Positions 27,310 to 32,000 of a stretch of 32,000 nt of DNA are shown here, in pieces. The translations under genes were made by a program, and so were the position numbers. The first letter of the stretch is position 1, and every line of letters starts with the position of its first letter. This stretch comes from Mycolicibacterium smegmatis (GTDB taxonomy: Bacteria > Actinomycetota > Actinomycetes > Mycobacteriales > Mycobacteriaceae), in assembly GCF_001457595.1 (NCBI RefSeq), contig NZ_LN831039.1, forward strand, positions 4,260,001-4,292,000. Reading direction: 5' to 3'. Below the pieces are notes generated by a model. It saw nothing but the letters and a program-made list of their open reading frames with translations, was not told where the DNA came from and did not search any database.

Positions 27310-28427
27310 CGTGTCCTCACATCCGCGACGTCCAGCTCGTGGACCCGGCGGCCGTCGCGATCGAATGCATGGGTTTCTGCGGCGTCGGCGAACAGGAACA
27401 CCTGCTGCCCCACGCTCAGATCGGGCTTATCGATGGTGACGGCGAAGAATCGCTGACCGTCGCAGACGGTCTCGACGATCCAGCTGCCCCCGGTCGGCAG
27501 CAGTGCGGAGACCTCGGCGGTCAGGACGAATCCGGCACGCATCGGCGCACTGTCCAGGATGCGCACGGCTTCCGGGCGGAATCCGACCGACATCACCTCG
27601 GTGGCACAGGAGGACCCCGCGACGTAGCGCGCGGCCGCCCGCCGCCCCTCGGCGCCGGGCCCCTCGGCGTCGAGTTCGACGATGTTCATCGGCGGGTTGC
27701 CGAGGAACTCGGCGACGAACCGGTTCGCGGGCCGGTCATAGATCTCGGTCGGTGTACCGATCTGCTGCAGCCTGCCTTCGAACATGACCGCGATGCGGGT
27801 GGCCAGCGTCATGGCCTCCCACTGATCGTGCGTGACGAAGACGATGGTGGATCCGAACTCGCGGTGGATGCGGCCGAGTTCGGCACGCATCTCAAGGCGG
27901 AGCCGGGAATCGAGGTTGGACAGCGGCTCGTCGAGCAGCATCACGTCGGGATTGACCGCGAGCATGCGTGCCAGCGCCACGCGTTGTTGTTGCCCACCGG
28001 ACAGCTGGGACGGGTAGCGGTCGCCGTAGCGCGCGATGCCCATGGTCTTCATCACCGAAGCCACTTGCTCCTGCTGCTGTGCCTTCGGCAGTTTGCGAAG
28101 CTTCACGCCGTAGGCGATGTTCTTCTCCACCGTGAGATGCGGCCACAGTGCATAGGTCTGGAAGACCAGGCCCATGCCGCGACGCTCGGCCGGAACGAAC
28201 GTCCCTTCTGCAACCGAGTCCATCACGGTGTCCCCCACCGAGATCGATCCGGCGGTGGGGTGCTCGAGGCCTGCGATCATGCGCAAGGTGGTGGTCTTCC
28301 CGCAGCCGGAGGGCCCGAGCATGCACATGAAATCGCCGTCTTCGATGGTGAGGTTCAATGTCGAAACCGCATGGGGGCCGTCACCGCCGTAGTGCTTCTC
28401 CACGTCACGCAGCCTGATCTGTGGCAT
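27306..28427 (-). CDS. ABC transporter ATP-binding protein (FbpC/PotA/UgpC-like)
   Basis: The protein has MPQIRLRDVEKHYGGDG, Walker A GPSGCGKTTTLRMIAG, signature LSGGQQQRVALARML and Walker B VMLLDEPLSNLDSRLR. A C-terminal TOBE-like region follows. Confidence 0.94.
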   Translation of the reverse strand: MPQIRLRDVEKHYGGDGPHAVSTLNLTIEDGDFMCMLGPSGCGKTTTLRMIAGLEHPTAGSISVGDTVMDSVAEGTFVPAERRGMGLVFQTYALWPHLTVEKNIAYGVKLRKLPKAQQQEQVASVMKTMGIARYGDRYPSQLSGGQQQRVALARMLAVNPDVMLLDEPLSNLDSRLRLEMRAELGRIHREFGSTIVFVTHDQWEAMTLATRIAVMFEGRLQQIGTPTEIYDRPANRFVAEFLGNPPMNIVELDAEGPGAEGRRAAARYVAGSSCATEVMSVGFRPEAVRILDSAPMRAGFVLTAEVSALLPTGGSWIVETVCDGQRFFAVTIDKPDLSVGQQVFLFADAAETHAFDRDGRRVHELDVADVRTR

Positions 28428-28429
28428 CG

Positions 28430-30250
28430 CTATCCTTCCAATCCGCTCGCGAGGTCTGTCTTGAGGAGTTTCTGAATCGAGTACGTGCCGAGGAATGCCA
28501 CCGCCGCCACGATGAGCACGACGCCGTTGGCCGATTGGGTGTATCCGAAGTCCACCAGACGTATCGCCAACGTGGTCAACACGTCGCCGCCGGGAACCGC
28601 GAGGATGACGACCAGGCTCAGGCTCTTGATGCCGGATATGAAGGGCATCAGAATTCCTGCGGCCAACGCGCCCTTCTGAATCGGCAACACCACCGTGCCC
28701 ATGCGTCGTAGCCAACCGGCGCCCATGATCTGCGCCGATTCCTCCGCATCGCGGCCCAGTTGCATCATCGCCGAGATACCGGCCCGCGAGGCGAACGGCA
28801 TCTGATCGGCCAGGTAGATCAGCAGCAGAATGACGGTCGTGCCGTACAGCGCCGGTATCGGTCCGCGCGGCACCGCGAACAACGTGATGTAGGCGACCGC
28901 GAACGCGATCCCCGGCACCAGATAGGGAAGAAAGGTCAACTGCCGCAACACCGTCGACAGGATCCGTGATTCCGACCGCACCACCACGTAACCGACCAGC
29001 AGTCCGAGGATGCCCGCAGCGACCGAGGCGAGGCCCACGATCCAGAAACTGTTCCAGACAGCGCTCCAGACACTGGGACTCACCAGGATGCCGTCCGGGA
29101 ACGCGGGCGTGTTCAGGTCACGCCCGATCCAGTATTGAAGCGTGAAGTTGTCGCGCGTGAACTCGGCAGGCACCTTCATGACGGTCGACAGGCACAGCAC
29201 CGCGATCGGCACCGCCACGCTGACCGCGAACAATGCCGCGCACCACATCGTGGCCGGCGCGCGCCACCTACCCAGATCCACCGCGCGATTGAGGGCGCCC
29301 TTGCCACCGATTGTGACGAATCGCCTTGCCTCCTTGAGGAAATGCACGTCGACCCACAGGGACACCAGGCCGATCAGCACGATCGCCGCGACCAGGATCG
29401 CCGCGACACCGGTCTGGTCGGAGGCGATGCTGCGATACAGCGAGGTGGCGAGCACGTCGAACCCGACGGGCAGACCGAGGATGTATGCGACGCCGAACTC
29501 ACCGAGCACCTTGGCAAGGATCAACGTGGTGGCCGAGATGAGCGCCGGACGCATCATCGGCACGATGATCGTGAAGGTGACGGCAAGACGGCTCGCGCCC
29601 AGTATCCGCGCCGACTCCTCGAGCTGAGAATCGAAGCGCTTGAGCGCATTTCCGACGAGCAGGATCACGAACGGCGAGAAGTGCATGGTGAAGATCACGA
29701 TGATCGGGAGCCGGCCGTAGGCCAGCCAGTCGCCGGGCACGAACCCGAGCTGCTCCATCCAGCCCAGTTGGCCTCCCGCGGTTCGGTTCTTGAACACCGT
29801 GGTCCAGGCCAGTGCGAACGTCCACGACGGCAACATGTACGGCACGATCAACGCGGTGGCGAACCACTTGCGGCCGAAGACGTTGCTGCGGGCGATGAAC
29901 CAGGCCGCGACACCGCCGACCACCAAGGCGAACAGCACCGAGAAGAAGGCGATCGTCACGGTGTTCCACAGCGGCGTCCAGAAGATGTCGACCGCCGTCG
30001 GCGAGCGCAGCACGCGCCACAGGTAGTAGGTGGTCGGCTCGCCCGTGGCCTTGCGTGTGATGCCCTCGTCGGCGCGTTCGACGCGGAACCCGTCGATCAT
30101 CAACACCACGATGGGAACCGCGATCAGATAGCCGAACAGCACCAGCGTCAGCAGCCCGATCGCCGTGGTCGGGTTACGCAGCGCGACACGTGCCCGGTAG
30201 CCCAGTGCCCGGCGGGGCGGACCGTCCGGCAGCCGAGTCGAAACACTCAC
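28430..30250 (-). CDS. Fused double-domain ABC transporter permease (FbpB/AfuB-like)
   Basis: The 606-aa protein has many TM segments and two permease halves, one around LGEFGVAYILGLPVGFDVLATSLY and one around YLVPGIAFAVAYITLFA...SLSLVVILAVPGGDVLTTLAIRLVD. Confidence 0.92.
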   Translation of the reverse strand: MSVSTRLPDGPPRRALGYRARVALRNPTTAIGLLTLVLFGYLIAVPIVVLMIDGFRVERADEGITRKATGEPTTYYLWRVLRSPTAVDIFWTPLWNTVTIAFFSVLFALVVGGVAAWFIARSNVFGRKWFATALIVPYMLPSWTFALAWTTVFKNRTAGGQLGWMEQLGFVPGDWLAYGRLPIIVIFTMHFSPFVILLVGNALKRFDSQLEESARILGASRLAVTFTIIVPMMRPALISATTLILAKVLGEFGVAYILGLPVGFDVLATSLYRSIASDQTGVAAILVAAIVLIGLVSLWVDVHFLKEARRFVTIGGKGALNRAVDLGRWRAPATMWCAALFAVSVAVPIAVLCLSTVMKVPAEFTRDNFTLQYWIGRDLNTPAFPDGILVSPSVWSAVWNSFWIVGLASVAAGILGLLVGYVVVRSESRILSTVLRQLTFLPYLVPGIAFAVAYITLFAVPRGPIPALYGTTVILLLIYLADQMPFASRAGISAMMQLGRDAEESAQIMGAGWLRRMGTVVLPIQKGALAAGILMPFISGIKSLSLVVILAVPGGDVLTTLAIRLVDFGYTQSANGVVLIVAAVAFLGTYSIQKLLKTDLASGLEG

Positions 30251-30277
30251 GGAAGGGGTCCTTGTCTCTCTACACCG

Positions 30278-30303
30278 AAGACATCCATAAATGTGGATGT
30301 CTT
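30278..30303. promoter_or_regulatory. Perfect inverted repeat in the divergent intergenic region (candidate operator)
   Basis: AAGACATCCA-TAAATG-TGGATGTCTT has two perfectly complementary 10-bp arms. It lies between the permease start (30250) and the GntR start (30402). Confidence 0.65.
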
Positions 30304-30315
30304 GTCATAGTGACA
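30303..30315. promoter_or_regulatory. Second, shorter inverted repeat adjoining the first
   Basis: TGTCA-TAG-TGACA has perfect 5-bp arms and sits immediately on the GntR-gene side of the 26-bp palindrome. Confidence 0.4.
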
Positions 30316-30401
30316 CAGCTGCGACGAGATGTACATCACCCCGATCAACTTCGGTGGCTCGCCTCACCGCCGCCCCGAGCCGGCTGGCTTAGCATGGTCG
30401 G

Positions 30402-31166
30402 GTGACCCACAGCGCTACCCAACCCGGCGCTATCAGCGACTTCGTCCCGGTCGATCAGTCGGTGTCACTCCCCCTCTACGTGCAGGTGATCGACCAGATC
30501 GAGAACGGCATCAGACGCGGCAGCCTCCCGCCAGGTTCGTTCCTGCCCGCCGAGCCACAGCTCGTACGTGACTTCCAAGTGGCCCGCGGCACCCTGCGCC
30601 GGGCGATCGACTACCTGATCGACAAGGGTCTGATCGTGCGCGTCCGGGGCGTCGGAACCCGGGTCGCGGCCGCGCCGGGCATCGACAAACCCGGGATCCG
30701 CAGTCTGTACGCCGAACTTGCGGCGGCCGACCGCAAACCCGCGACCAAAGTGCTCACCGTCGACACCGCCGAGGCCGACCGCGCATTGTCCGACATCACC
30801 GGGTTCGCCATCGGCACACCGTTGCGGATCATCCGCAGGCTACGACTGGCCAACGATCTTCCGGTCGCGGTGATGGAGAACTACTTCCCCGCCGAGTTCC
30901 CCGAACCGCGGGTGGACGAACTCACCGAGCGCAGCATGGACGAATACTGGGAACGCATCGGGCATTCCGCCGCGATGGTGCGCCAGGAGGTCATCGCGTG
31001 CCTGCCGACCGCAGAGCAGTCGGCGTTGCTCCGCATCGAGCCAGGGACCCCGATACTCTCCGAACACCTTCGGGTCTATGACGATTCGCGGCAGTTCACC
31101 AACTATTCGCGAAACTTCTACCATCCCACGCTGTACCGGATGACCTCGGTCTCCACCACTCAGTGA
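30402..31166 (+). CDS. GntR/HutC-family transcriptional regulator with UTRA-type effector domain
   Basis: The HTH is SLPLYVQVIDQIENGIRRGSLPPGSFLPAEPQLVRDFQVARGTLRRAIDYLIDKGLIVRVRGVGTRVA. The C-terminal part is UTRA-like (FAIGTPLRIIRRLRLANDLPVAVMENYFP). Confidence 0.92.
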   Translation: MTHSATQPGAISDFVPVDQSVSLPLYVQVIDQIENGIRRGSLPPGSFLPAEPQLVRDFQVARGTLRRAIDYLIDKGLIVRVRGVGTRVAAAPGIDKPGIRSLYAELAAADRKPATKVLTVDTAEADRALSDITGFAIGTPLRIIRRLRLANDLPVAVMENYFPAEFPEPRVDELTERSMDEYWERIGHSAAMVRQEVIACLPTAEQSALLRIEPGTPILSEHLRVYDDSRQFTNYSRNFYHPTLYRMTSVSTTQ

Positions 31167-31175
31167 CGGCCCGGC

Positions 31176-31568
31176 TCAGTATTCCTGCGGTTTCACCGCC
31201 AGCACCGGTTTGGGGCACTCCAGCAGCAACCGCTGCGACACGCTGCCGAGCAGGAGCTTGCCCACCGGGCTGCGGTGGCGGATCCCGATCACCAGCAGCT
31301 CGGCGTCGGGCCTGTCCATGGCGGTGAGCAGTTCCTCGGCCGCGTCCACGCCCACCGGCTGCCGGATCTCGAACGGCACGCCGCTGTCCCGCAGATGCTC
31401 CTCGACGTCGTGGACCTCGCCCGAGCGCGCGAACCGCGCGTCGACGTAGGCGTCACCCGCGGTCGCGTTGATCACCAGCACGCCGGTGTCCCGCCGATTG
31501 GCCTCGGCGATCCCGTGTTCGATCGCGGCCCGGCCGAACTGATCCGCGCTGTAGCCGATGACGATCAT
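31176..31568 (-). CDS. Universal stress protein (UspA-like)
   Basis: The protein starts MIVIGYSADQFGRAAIEHGIAEA and ends AELLVIGIRHRSPVGKLLLGSVSQRLLLECPKPVLAVKP, with a GxxxxxxGSVSxxLL nucleotide-binding-type motif. Confidence 0.92.
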   Translation of the reverse strand: MIVIGYSADQFGRAAIEHGIAEANRRDTGVLVINATAGDAYVDARFARSGEVHDVEEHLRDSGVPFEIRQPVGVDAAEELLTAMDRPDAELLVIGIRHRSPVGKLLLGSVSQRLLLECPKPVLAVKPQEY

Positions 31569-32000
31569 CGCTGGGCCTGCGCTTTCTCCTGCTGATCCAC
31601 ATCGTCCTCGACGATCAACAGCGTCTCCTCACTGCGGTGCATCAACCTGAGCACCAGCGGCATGAGCAGCAGGATCGCCATGAGGACATAGACCACGATC
31701 GCGACCGGTTCGGTGAACAGGCTCGACCAGTCACCGCCACCGAGCTGAAGGCTCTGGCGCAGTTGCCGTTCGATGCGCGGGCCGAGGATCACGCCGATGA
31801 TGAGCGGCAGCACCGGAAGCCCGAAGCGGCGCATCATGAGACCCAGCAGCCCGAACACCAACAGCAGCGCCAGATCCAGCGCCTGCACGTTCACCGCGAG
31901 CGCACCCAGCGTCGCGAAGAACAGGATGCCGGCGTACAGGTAGGGCCGCGGAGTGCGCAGCAGCCGCGCCCACAGTGGCGCCAGCGGCAGGTTGAGGACC
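31565..32000 (-). CDS. Tripartite tricarboxylate transporter TctA-family permease, C-terminal part (truncated by the window edge)
   Basis: The reverse frame remains open to 32000 (VLNLPLAPLWARLLRTPRPYLYAGILFFATLGALAVNVQALDLALLLVFGLLGLMMRRFGLPVLPLIIGVILGPRIERQLRQSL), typical of the TctA C-terminus. Confidence 0.88.
   Translation of the reverse strand, partial: VLNLPLAPLWARLLRTPRPYLYAGILFFATLGALAVNVQALDLALLLVFGLLGLMMRRFGLPVLPLIIGVILGPRIERQLRQSLQLGGGDWSSLFTEPVAIVVYVLMAILLLMPLVLRLMHRSEETLLIVEDDVDQQEKAQAQR

Noticed and set aside
27258-28475. 405-aa plus-strand ORF opposite the ABC ATPase
   Set aside because: It has no recognisable domain, and the minus-strand frame carries the ABC signature.
25286-30250. 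Straightforward annotation as an Fe3+ transporter (FbpABC)
   Set aside because: The sequence supports the family, but substrate cannot be assigned. The embedded IMPase and UTRA regulator argue against a simple iron call.
29135-30310. 391-aa plus-strand His/Arg/Asp-rich ORF opposite the permease
   Set aside because: The composition is typical of the antisense of hydrophobic membrane-protein codons.
1-32000. CRISPR arrays, transposases or long tandem repeats
   Set aside because: None was visible on reading either the sequence or the ORF track. Short GC-rich repeats are at the level expected for this genome.

Overview
This 32 kb window is chromosomal DNA from a high-GC actinobacterium. It is almost certainly a fast-growing Mycobacterium/Mycolicibacterium close to M. 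smegmatis, judged by gene content and by an order matching my recollection of M. tuberculosis Rv2125-Rv2141c. The left half holds a PAC2-family protein, a DUF1254/DUF1214 lipoprotein, an SDR oxidoreductase, mshC, a CysQ/inositol-monophosphatase-family enzyme, an SCO1664-family kinase-like protein, a DUF3090 protein, a histidine phosphatase, uppP, an lppL-like lipoprotein, pyrD, a YbhB/YbcL protein and an M20-family peptidase, followed by a tRNA-Leu(GAG). Directly beyond the tRNA is a compact two-gene unit: a cytosolic-looking subtilase with an N-terminal winged-helix/Mrr_N-like region, and an atypical alpha/beta hydrolase. I consider this the best candidate for an undescribed system. Next come a catalase-family protein overlapping a large LuxR-type ATPase regulator, a single-chain Mo-nitrate reductase/flavodoxin/FAD-NADPH reductase fusion, an ABC transporter cassette (fused double permease, ATPase, IMPase-family enzyme, lipoprotein SBP) with a divergent GntR/UTRA regulator and palindromic operator candidates, and a universal stress protein overlapping a truncated TctA-type permease. 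I saw no CRISPR array, transposase, integrase or prophage gene. All homology calls come from reading motifs, not from database searches.
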